Positions 8,231 through 16,119 of a DNA stretch of 32,050 nucleotides are shown here, one piece after another. The DNA is taken from contig NZKZ01000073.1 in assembly GCA_002694065.1 (NCBI GenBank), positions 1 through 32,050 of the forward strand. Direction: 5' to 3'. The DNA comes from Acidiferrobacter sp. (GTDB lineage: Bacteria; Pseudomonadota; Gammaproteobacteria; Arenicellales; UBA868). Each line of letters begins with the position of its first letter. The first letter of the stretch is position 1. The notes under the pieces were generated by a model. That model was not told the origin of the DNA. It worked only from the letters and a program-made list of their open reading frames with translations, and searched no databases. A program made the position numbers and the translations under genes.

Positions 8231-9055
8231 CTATCCCATTTTGACGCAGTAGGGGCAGTGCTCCCCGATGACGTATTCATCCGACCTTTGCTCTTCGGGA
8301 GAAAGTGGCTCGCGACAGCTGAAGCACATCGCTATCTCAGTCTCCTCCAGACTGTGGTCCAAGGCGACCCTCTGGTCGAACACGAAGCAGTCCCCTTCCC
8401 AATGGGAGCCCCCGCACTCCTCGAAGTACCCCAGGATGCCGCCTTCCAACTGCCTTACGTCATCGAAGCCAGCGTTCAGCATGACCGCAGAGGCCTTCTC
8501 GCACCTGATGCCACCCGTGCAGTACATCACCACCGTCTTCGACTTGTACTCGTCAGGCAGTCCCTCCACCGCCTCCGGGAAGTCCCTGAAAGACGGGATG
8601 CCCAGCTCCACTGCGCCCTCGAAAGAACCCACCCTGGTCTCGTAGTCGTTCCTGGTGTCGAGCACGACTATGTCCTCCTCCTCGTCCAGCATGCGCTTGA
8701 AGTCGGTGGGCGAGATGTGGGGGCCTGTGAACTCCGAGGGCCTGATCTCGTCCATGCCCAGCGAGATGATCTCCCTCTTGCGCTTCACCAGCATCCTCCG
8801 AAAGGGCTGGTAGTCAGTGTGGCTGATCTTGATGGGAATGCCACGGAACCTCTCGTCCGACTCAAGGTTCTGCAAGAAGGCGTCGACCGAGTCGCCATCC
8901 CCGGCCAGGAAGAAGTTGATCCCGTTGGGGCTGAGAAGGACCGTCCCCTTGAGGCCCAGCTCCATGCACCTCTCGAGCATGGGGTCCCTCAGGTCGTCCC
9001 TGTCGGGCAGGTCCACGAAGCGGTAGCCTGCGATGTTGACGATGGGGCCTGTCAC
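8231..9055 (-). CDS. trhO: Rhodanese-domain protein TrhO/YceA (O2-dependent tRNA U34 hydroxylase-like)
   Basis: GYRFVDL, LKGTVLLSPNGIN, F.R..VK.K.EIISLG, LDTRNDYE..VGSF.GA, YCTGGIRCEKA, LEGGILGY, WEGDCFVFDQRV and C-terminal CxxC...CPYC. The real start is GTG 9055; the upstream in-frame extension overlaps the next gene. Confidence 0.85.
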   Translation of the reverse strand: MTGPIVNIAGYRFVDLPDRDDLRDPMLERCMELGLKGTVLLSPNGINFFLAGDGDSVDAFLQNLESDERFRGIPIKISHTDYQPFRRMLVKRKREIISLGMDEIRPSEFTGPHISPTDFKRMLDEEEDIVVLDTRNDYETRVGSFEGAVELGIPSFRDFPEAVEGLPDEYKSKTVVMYCTGGIRCEKASAVMLNAGFDDVRQLEGGILGYFEECGGSHWEGDCFVFDQRVALDHSLEETEIAMCFSCREPLSPEEQRSDEYVIGEHCPYCVKMG

Positions 9056-9147
9056 GTTCCTGTGAGGTAGGGCGCCAGTAAGAACGTCTCCCCGATGGCC
9101 CCACTCTCGGTATCTCAGATGAAGCCCCTGCAGGGAGCCTCGGCGAC

Positions 9148-10353
9148 TCATATCCCGGAGAGCGCACCCTCGAAGTCCGAGATGATGTCCTGCGAGTCCT
9201 CGATGCCGACCGAGATGCGAACCATCCCTTCCGTGATGCCCACCGCCTTCCTGTCCTCCTCGGACATCAGCCTGTGCGTCATCGAGGCAGGGTGCTGGAC
9301 CAGAGTGTCCACGTTCCCGAGGCTGACGGCGAGAGAGCACATGGACAGTCCGTCCATGAACCGGCATGCGGAGTCGAAGTCCTCCAGCTCGATGGATATC
9401 ATAGCCCCGAAGTCGTCCATCTGGAGAGCTGCCACCTCGTGCTGGGGATGGCTCTCCAGGCCGGGGTAGTGCGTCCTTGCAACCTTCGGGTGCCCCTCCA
9501 GGAAGTCCGCCAGGGCACGGGCGTTGGAGCAGTGCTCCCTCATCCTCAGGGGCAGTGACTTCAGGCCGATGCTGGTCAGCCAGCAGTCGAGTGCGCTTGG
9601 GACCGCCCCCATGTAGCGCACCAGGGCGCCGCCGCCGTTCTCGACGAAGTCGGGGTCCCTGCTCACAAGGGCGCCGCCGATCACAGTACCGTGTCCGTTG
9701 ATGAACTTCGTAGTGCTGTGGACGACCACGTCGGCCCCCAAAGAGAGGGGCCTCTGCAGAACGGGAGTGGCGAACGTGTTGTCCACCACGACGCTGGTGC
9801 CGTGGGACTTTGCGACCTCGACAGTCCTCGCGATGTCGATAACGGACATGGTCGGGTTGGCGGGGGTCTCGATGTAGACGACCTTCGTGTTGGGGTTCTC
9901 GGAGAGCTCCTCGTCGAGCATGGCCGGCTCAAGCAGCGGCACCCTGGAGGTGGTGATCCCGTACTTCGGGAGCACCTCGTTGACCAGGTGGTTGGTGGTC
10001 CCGTATAGGACGGACTGGGCGACTATGTGGTCACCCGAGCCGGTGAACCCGAGGATAGCCGAGCTTACGGCACCCATGCCGGAGCCGAAGATCTCCGCAG
10101 CGACCGGCTCCTCCATGCCGTATCCCTCCAGAGCCGCCAGCTTGCTCGCCAGCGCGTCCCTGTTGGCGTTACCCACCCTCGAGTAGACGTGCGCGCCCGA
10201 CTCGCCCGAGCCCCAGGACTTGATCGCATCCGAGTCCTCGAATACGTAGGTCGATGTCATGTGAACAGGGTCTATGTGCGATCCGGAGGGGTCGTGCATC
10301 TCACCTGCGTGAACGGCCTCTGTCGACATCTCCCGCTTCCTATCTTCTGCCAT
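9148..10353 (-). CDS. PLP-dependent Cys/Met metabolism enzyme (methionine gamma-lyase / cystathionine gamma-synthase family)
   Basis: YSRVGN, FGSGMGA, YIETPANPT, VVDNTFATP, PLP-lysine motif HSTTKFINGHG, LAVSLGNVDTL..HPASMTH, RISVGIED. Confidence 0.9.
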   Translation of the reverse strand: MAEDRKREMSTEAVHAGEMHDPSGSHIDPVHMTSTYVFEDSDAIKSWGSGESGAHVYSRVGNANRDALASKLAALEGYGMEEPVAAEIFGSGMGAVSSAILGFTGSGDHIVAQSVLYGTTNHLVNEVLPKYGITTSRVPLLEPAMLDEELSENPNTKVVYIETPANPTMSVIDIARTVEVAKSHGTSVVVDNTFATPVLQRPLSLGADVVVHSTTKFINGHGTVIGGALVSRDPDFVENGGGALVRYMGAVPSALDCWLTSIGLKSLPLRMREHCSNARALADFLEGHPKVARTHYPGLESHPQHEVAALQMDDFGAMISIELEDFDSACRFMDGLSMCSLAVSLGNVDTLVQHPASMTHRLMSEEDRKAVGITEGMVRISVGIEDSQDIISDFEGALSGI

Positions 10354-10392
10354 GGCAGTCGGATGCGGTGGGACGGATTAACCCGTAGGTTT

Positions 10393-10644
10393 TCACTGGA
10401 ACATAGATCGGATGGCCGAGTATGAGGCGCTAGTGATCACGTAGACGCCCGCAGCGGCTAGGCCGAAACCGACGCTGATCGCAATGAAGTTGGGTAAGAG
10501 TGTGATCAGGTCCCATAGGACCGACCAGAACGACCGGGACTCCAGGGCCTGCATGAATTCCTCCCAGATCTTCACCGCGATCGTCAGCATGGTGAATGTC
10601 CAAGCAGCGAGGAAGACTAGGGTGGCCCTTCGCTTGTTGATCAC
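10393..10644 (-). CDS. Small hypothetical membrane protein (2 TM)
   Basis: 83-aa ORF with a basic N-terminus (KRR) and two hydrophobic helices; fills the gap between same-strand genes. Confidence 0.6.
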   Translation of the reverse strand: MINKRRATLVFLAAWTFTMLTIAVKIWEEFMQALESRSFWSVLWDLITLLPNFIAISVGFGLAAAGVYVITSASYSAIRSMFQ

Positions 10645-10686
10645 GATTCAGCGTTCGGCGTCGGATAGATGAACCTGACGAGTTGG

Positions 10687-12045
10687 CTAGTAGTCTTCCT
10701 CTTCGTCGCCGGAACCGGCCGGGCCCCACTCTGCGTCGGGAGATCCTCCGGACCACTCGCCGAACACTGCGATGTCCTCGATGTCCTCGTCCTCCCTCCA
10801 CGGGGGATCACCGTCTGAGCCACTGATGATCAGGCATCCCTCGTCGTCTAGCCTCCTCTTCAGGGTAGAGACTCCCCTCTTCACTGGTAGGAGGTGGCCT
10901 ATAGGCGAGCCGGAGTTGACGAAAGGGTGGGTGGCGGAGCTGATCAGAAGGCCCTGGATGGGGGACATGACGTCGTGCTGGACTCCAGGGAGCTCGGGGT
11001 CCGTGATCGTGGCGACGATCTCGCCCTCCTCGACGAAGCTGCCGGCCGGGGCGAGCACGTCGATGAGCCCGCCCTGGTCTGAGCGAATCCATACCGAGCC
11101 GGAGGCGAGGATCCTGAATCGTGGCTTGCTGGGGTATCCAGGCAGCATCCTCAGGCTCCTCAGGAGGTTTATGATGCCGTACATCGCTATCTGCACGGAC
11201 TCCGGGTCGGCCTCGTCGGCCCCCCCGCCCTCGTAGGTGATGCAGGCGATGTCTTTGTCGTTGGCAACCCTCCGCAGTGACCCCCTCGGGCCTTGGCTGT
11301 CCAGTATAGTCTCGATGCCGAAGGCCCTAGCGATGCGGTTGCTGCTGGCATGCGCCAGATTGGCCCTGATCTGGGGGATGTTCGTCCTCCCCTTGGCTGC
11401 GGCGTGTAGGTCGATCACGTAGTCGCTGCTGGAGATCAGTTGCTCCCAGAGCCTGTTGGCCACCCTGGAGGTGGTGTTGCTGTCGGGATTGCCCGGGAAG
11501 CACCGGTTCAGGTCCCTGTCGTCTGGGAAGTCCCTCATCATCATCCGGTATCCAGGGAGGTTGACGATGGGCATGATCCTGATAGTCCCCGCTAGCACGG
11601 ATGCGTCGATCACCCGGTCGTCCCCCATGAAGTTGGGACCGCAGAGGTAGGTAAGGGCGAGCGGGCCGACGAGTTCGTCACCATGGATGGCTCCGAGCAG
11701 GGTAACGACGGGGCCCGGCCTTGAGCCGTGGATCACACTGACAGGCACTGGCCACGACTCCCCTATCTCGACGTCCAGCAGGTCGTATTCGAGGTGCCTG
11801 ATCGTCCCTGGCTTGATCCTCTTCCTCAGGAAGTTGTGATTCTTCGATCCGCCCACCTTCCTGGACCATTTGGTGGGGCTAGCCCCGACCTCGCCCAGGG
11901 CCTTCTCGATCTCCCTCCGACGTCTCATGGGGATCTGGTTGGCGATCTTGATCGGGGCGAATCTCCTCTTCTTCGCCCTTGGCGGGGGCTTTGCATCCCG
12001 CGCCTTCGCCGCATCCTCGCTGGGGTCGGGGTCGTCCTCGGGCAC
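10687..12045 (-). CDS. Succinylglutamate desuccinylase/aspartoacylase (M14-like) family protein with N- and C-terminal extensions
   Basis: Zn motif GAIHGDE, DLNRCFPG, IDLH, YEGG and a C-terminal biotinyl-lipoyl-like segment (RSDQGGLI...GSFVEEGEIVATI). Confidence 0.85.
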   Translation of the reverse strand: MPEDDPDPSEDAAKARDAKPPPRAKKRRFAPIKIANQIPMRRRREIEKALGEVGASPTKWSRKVGGSKNHNFLRKRIKPGTIRHLEYDLLDVEIGESWPVPVSVIHGSRPGPVVTLLGAIHGDELVGPLALTYLCGPNFMGDDRVIDASVLAGTIRIMPIVNLPGYRMMMRDFPDDRDLNRCFPGNPDSNTTSRVANRLWEQLISSSDYVIDLHAAAKGRTNIPQIRANLAHASSNRIARAFGIETILDSQGPRGSLRRVANDKDIACITYEGGGADEADPESVQIAMYGIINLLRSLRMLPGYPSKPRFRILASGSVWIRSDQGGLIDVLAPAGSFVEEGEIVATITDPELPGVQHDVMSPIQGLLISSATHPFVNSGSPIGHLLPVKRGVSTLKRRLDDEGCLIISGSDGDPPWREDEDIEDIAVFGEWSGGSPDAEWGPAGSGDEEEDY

Positions 12046-12128
12046 CTGTCTCGCGAGGGATAGCGAATTAATAGAGTATGCAATGGTTATCGGGAACGTT
12101 CAACTTCCTAGTCCGTTCATGGAGGCCC

Positions 12129-12605
12129 ATGGGAAGCGAGGGGGGGACGTCTGTGCAGGAGGAGCATGCTCCGAGCAGCATCTGCTTCGGATGCGGCCCT
12201 GCAAACGAGGATGGCCTCAGGATCAGGTCATTCAGGAGCGAGGGGGGTCTGGAGATGGAGTTCGATCCGAAGGAGGAGCATCAGGCGTTCCCGGGAATGA
12301 TAAATGGCGGGATCATAGGAACCCTGCTGGACTGCCACGGAAACTGGACTGCGGCTATGGCGCTGATGGACCAGTCCGGGGACTCTGAGCCTCCATGCAC
12401 AGTGACTGCATCATACAGCATCAAGCTGAGGAGGCCGACCCCCTTCGGGACCACCCTCTCTGTTCGAGGGGAGGCTCTCAGTGTCGAGGGGGACAGGGCT
12501 AGGGTGAGCATGAGCCTCTCGGCTGACGGAGAGGTCTGCGCCACTGGAGAGGGCCTCTTCGTGGCAGTGAAGGAAGGGCATCCAGCCTACCACAGGTGGA
12601 ACTGA
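12129..12605 (+). CDS. PaaI/hotdog-fold thioesterase
   Basis: CFGCGPAN..GL.I, HQAFPGMINGGIIGTLLDCHGNW, TVTA...I.LRRPTP, HPAYHRW. Start uncertain (12129 or a downstream GTG). Confidence 0.85.
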   Translation: MGSEGGTSVQEEHAPSSICFGCGPANEDGLRIRSFRSEGGLEMEFDPKEEHQAFPGMINGGIIGTLLDCHGNWTAAMALMDQSGDSEPPCTVTASYSIKLRRPTPFGTTLSVRGEALSVEGDRARVSMSLSADGEVCATGEGLFVAVKEGHPAYHRWN

Positions 12606-12648
12606 CTTCGCGCGGCATCCTTTAGAACGGCCGAATCGAAGTGGGCTC

Positions 12649-15207
12649 ATGGTCGACGCGCCCAGCGAAGGAATGGTCGGCCTTGATGAGTTCGAGTTTG
12701 ACGAGCGTCTGAAAACAGAGCTCGTGGGTAAGTGGGGGATAGAGAGGCTTTTCCCCCCTCAGGCCGAAGCGCTGCCGCACTCACTTGGTGGCAGGAACCT
12801 GATGCTGGCAGTCCCCACCGCCAGCGGGAAGTCTCTGGTGGCACACATCACAATGGCGCACAGGCTGGCCAACGACCTGAAGGGCATGAGAGGGGTATAC
12901 ATCGTGCCTCTGAAGGCCCTGGCATCTGAGAAGTTCGAGGAGCTCAACGAGATCTGCCCCAGCGTGGGGCTTAGCGTGGGGCTGGCGATAGGCGACAGGA
13001 GCAGCGAGGTGAGCGGGGCAGAGGGCTCGGACATACTGGTTTGCACGAGCGAGAAGCTGGACTCGATGCTGAGGTCGAAGCCTTCCTTGATGGACGACAT
13101 AGGCATCGTCGTGACGGACGAGTTCCACCTGCTCCAGGACTTCGGCAGGGGACCCACTCTCGAGGTCCTGCTCTCGAGGATCATGCACCGAAAGCCGGAC
13201 GTGCAGATCATGGCGCTCTCAGCCACGGTGGGAAACGCAGAGGAGCTGTCGGGATGGCTGGACGCCGTTCTGGTTAGGTCCGATTGGAGGCCGGTGGTGC
13301 TGTACTCGGGGACCCTGACTGGTCTGGACATGCGATTCCACTCTGTCGAGAAGCCCAGCGAGGTAGAGTCCCAGTTGCCGGAGGCCAGGCGCCTTGACGG
13401 AGGCGTGCAGAAGAACCTGCATGCCGTGCTGGACGACACCATCGGCATGGAAGGACAGATGCTGGTCTTCGTGTCCTCCCGTTCCTCGGCCCAGAAGGAG
13501 GCCAGGGAGCTATCCAGGCACCTGAGATCAAAGCCCGCCAGCGGAGGCGAGGTTATCTCCGAGGAGCTTGCCGGCAGGTGGGGCAAGATTGCAGACTCCC
13601 TGACCAAGGGCGACGGAGGGTCGGCCACAGTCAAGGCACTGGCGGATGCGGTCAGGGGAGGGGTTGGCTTCCATCACGCGGGGCTCACTTCCTCGCAGAG
13701 GAAGGCAGTGGAGACCGGATTCAGGTCGGGTGACCTGCTCTGCGTCGTCGCCACGCCGACCCTCGCCCAGGGAGTCAACCTCCCTGCGAGCAGGGTAGTG
13801 ATCAGGGACCACAGGAGGTGGAACACCACCGCAGCTAGGAGCATGCCACTCCCAGTCATGGAGGTCAGGCAGATGCTGGGGAGGGCTGGCAGGCCCGGCT
13901 TCGACGAGTTCGGGGAGTCATTCCTGGTGTCCAAGAGCAACCAAGAGGAGCAGGACCTGGTCGATCTCTACCTCAGGGGCACTCCCGAGGACGTGACTTC
14001 CAAGCTCGCGAACCCGAGCGCGGTCCACGCCGAGGAGGACGGTGCCCTACTGACTCACATACTCTCCATCATTTCAACTGCAGGAATCGACGACAGGGAT
14101 GCCATCAGCAGCTTCCTTGGGAAGACCTTCCTCGCCAGCCAGATGGACCCGGAGACCCTAGAGGCAAGGACCGACGACGTCCTCTGCTGGCTCTGCGACA
14201 ACGGGATGGTGGAGAGGATGGGCGAGTCAGAGGAAGTGGCGAATAGGATCAAGGGCAGGAAGGCCGAACCTACTGTGGAGGAGGACTGGCAGGACGAGAT
14301 GCCCTCCTGGGCAAAATCCGCCGCTTCGATACCGGGCCTGGACATAGTCCCGCGGGAGGAGCGTCGGGCTCGCAGGCTCAGCCCGAGGAAGGGGCCCGCA
14401 ATTTTCGGCTTCAGGAAGGCCAGCTTGTACGAGTCTTCCGAGTCGGCCCTGCCCGAGCCGTCCTCTATGGCTTACTCCCCGACTTCGCTTGGCTCCAGGG
14501 TCTCGAGGCTCTACCTGAACCCGATCTCAGGGAAGATACTGCACGATGGCCTGACCAGGGCCATGGCGATCCTTTCGGGGCAGGACGAAGTTGGGCAGGT
14601 GTCACCACTGAGCCTGCTCCATCTCGCCTCTTGCACCCCCGACTTCCTCCCCCTCTGGCCGAGAAAGGGCGACTACGACGCGATCCAGGAGGCGCTTCAC
14701 GGCCATGAGCGGGAGCTCCTCGCCGAAGCGGTTGACCTCGAGGAGGAGAGGAGGATGAAGGGGACGCTGGTGGTCCAGTCCTGGATGGAGGAGAAGACCC
14801 TGGAGTCCATAGAGGACGATTGGGGGGTGCAGCCAGGCGACCTTAGGAGCAGGGTTGAGCTGCTAGAGTGGCTCCTGTTCGCCATGCGGAGGATCCTCTC
14901 AGAGGACGAGGAGCTCTCTAAGATGGACAGGGGTGCGCACAAGACCCTGTTCGAGTCCATAGACGAGGTGCACAGGAGAGTCAGGTTCGGCTGCAAGCCG
15001 GACATACTGGGACTCGTCGCGATCAAGGGTGTCGGCAGGGTCAGGGCCAGGGAGATGGCTGACACCCTGGGGCTAGCCAGCGCCTCGGACGTCTCGGAGC
15101 TCACCGAAAGGGACAGGTCTAGGCTGGCGGACCTCAGGGGATGGAGCCCCCAGCTGGTCGACAACCTAGTCAGATCGGCGAGCAAGTCCCACAGGGGTCG
15201 GCGCTAA
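12649..15207 (+). CDS. hel308: Ski2-like SF2 DNA helicase Hel308/Hjm
   Basis: Q-motif LFPPQ, Walker A PTASGKS, VPLKALA, DEFH, LSAT, FHHAGL, ATPTLAQGVNLPA, QMLGRAGRPG, T.LG..VSRLY and the C-terminal HhH GVGRVRAR. Confidence 0.93.
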   Translation: MVDAPSEGMVGLDEFEFDERLKTELVGKWGIERLFPPQAEALPHSLGGRNLMLAVPTASGKSLVAHITMAHRLANDLKGMRGVYIVPLKALASEKFEELNEICPSVGLSVGLAIGDRSSEVSGAEGSDILVCTSEKLDSMLRSKPSLMDDIGIVVTDEFHLLQDFGRGPTLEVLLSRIMHRKPDVQIMALSATVGNAEELSGWLDAVLVRSDWRPVVLYSGTLTGLDMRFHSVEKPSEVESQLPEARRLDGGVQKNLHAVLDDTIGMEGQMLVFVSSRSSAQKEARELSRHLRSKPASGGEVISEELAGRWGKIADSLTKGDGGSATVKALADAVRGGVGFHHAGLTSSQRKAVETGFRSGDLLCVVATPTLAQGVNLPASRVVIRDHRRWNTTAARSMPLPVMEVRQMLGRAGRPGFDEFGESFLVSKSNQEEQDLVDLYLRGTPEDVTSKLANPSAVHAEEDGALLTHILSIISTAGIDDRDAISSFLGKTFLASQMDPETLEARTDDVLCWLCDNGMVERMGESEEVANRIKGRKAEPTVEEDWQDEMPSWAKSAASIPGLDIVPREERRARRLSPRKGPAIFGFRKASLYESSESALPEPSSMAYSPTSLGSRVSRLYLNPISGKILHDGLTRAMAILSGQDEVGQVSPLSLLHLASCTPDFLPLWPRKGDYDAIQEALHGHERELLAEAVDLEEERRMKGTLVVQSWMEEKTLESIEDDWGVQPGDLRSRVELLEWLLFAMRRILSEDEELSKMDRGAHKTLFESIDEVHRRVRFGCKPDILGLVAIKGVGRVRAREMADTLGLASASDVSELTERDRSRLADLRGWSPQLVDNLVRSASKSHRGRR

Positions 15208-15239
15208 TCAAATTCTTCAACCGAACTGCATCGGGGCAC

Positions 15240-15809
15240 ATGGACGAGGATCGGCCGGTGCCTTGGTTCCCGGCGTGGGGAGTGCGGTTCCCCGAGCCGG
15301 TCGAGAACGTTTTCTCCGTGGTCTCGGTGGTGAACGACAGGAGGCCCAGCAACAGGTGGCTGATGATCGCATACGAGGCCGCGGCGAGCGAGGTTCACCT
15401 CTGGACCGCCTGGCACGCGATGAGGGGGAACGAGGAATCGGGCAGCATGGTCGCCAAGACCCCCGACACCGAGTTCATGAGGCTGCTTTCTGGCACCCAT
15501 CAGATCAACAGGGCCTTCGAGAGGGCGGGCGTCGCGGTTGGGGACGAGACGGCTTGGGTGGTGTTCCTGCCCGATTTCGGACTCGGGGAGGGTTTCGGTG
15601 ACGTCTCCATCCCCCCACAGACCTACAACGACAACTCGGAAGAAGCTATCAGGCTGATCGAGCACTTGGGCGGCTCCCTGATTGCGAAGAGACCGGTTCC
15701 CAGCTTGGCCGGGCTGGAAAGGGTCGGAGCCTCCTACCCAGGGGACCCGAGCTTCCCCCAGATGGAGGAGGCGTTCCTGGGGCACACGGCCCTCTCCGAT
15801 CTCAGATAG
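15240..15809 (+). CDS. cgi121: KEOPS complex subunit Cgi121
   Basis: HL..AW.A.......MVAK....EFMRLLSGTHQINRAFERAG matches the Cgi121 core. It lies directly downstream of hel308, an arrangement known from euryarchaea. Confidence 0.75.
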   Translation: MDEDRPVPWFPAWGVRFPEPVENVFSVVSVVNDRRPSNRWLMIAYEAAASEVHLWTAWHAMRGNEESGSMVAKTPDTEFMRLLSGTHQINRAFERAGVAVGDETAWVVFLPDFGLGEGFGDVSIPPQTYNDNSEEAIRLIEHLGGSLIAKRPVPSLAGLERVGASYPGDPSFPQMEEAFLGHTALSDLR

Positions 15810-15864
15810 ACTCCCCCGAGTAGTCAAATTGATAGGCGGGGCTTACGAGCACGGTCCGATTAAG

Positions 15865-16110
15865 ATGCCTAAGTTCTACGGTTTCGGCAATTGCTGCGAG
15901 TGCGGGATAGCCTGCACCGCGGGCAACTTCCTGATCAGCGAGGGGAAGAAGTTCTGCACCGCCTGCTGGGTGGCGAAGAGCAACCCGGAGCACCCCGATC
16001 TGGAGGAAATAAGGGAGAAGGTCGAGACTGCAGTAAGCGTGTGGAAGTGCGCGAAGTGGTCACGGGAAGAGGGGCCGCTGCCGCTCGGGCCAAGGGCAGT
16101 GAAGAAGTGA
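15865..16110 (+). CDS. Small Cys-rich (CxxC...CxxC) putative zinc-finger protein, 81 aa
   Basis: MPKFYGFGNCCECGIACTAGNFLISEGKKFCTACW. GC3-rich codons; ends 9 nt before pepF. Confidence 0.6.
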   Translation: MPKFYGFGNCCECGIACTAGNFLISEGKKFCTACWVAKSNPEHPDLEEIREKVETAVSVWKCAKWSREEGPLPLGPRAVKK

Positions 16111-16119
16111 GGATTTCCC

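Noticed and set aside
9056-9367. Apparent 104-aa N-terminal extension of TrhO overlapping the Cys/Met lyase (possible fusion or frameshift)
   Set aside because: The extension is Arg/Gly/His-rich off-frame sequence. The lyase has a complete C-terminus and stop, and TrhO homology starts at GTG 9055.
14221-14475. Intein in Hel308 (RadA also checked)
   Set aside because: The insertion lacks intein terminal residues and splicing blocks; RadA is normal length and uninterrupted.
15141-15239. Longer 222-aa Cgi121 start overlapping hel308
   Set aside because: ATG 15240 follows the hel308 stop and a short AT-rich spacer; the upstream extension has no Cgi121-like character.
12649-15809. hel308-cgi121 adjacency as a novel system
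   Set aside because: This linkage is already known from euryarchaea such as haloarchaea.
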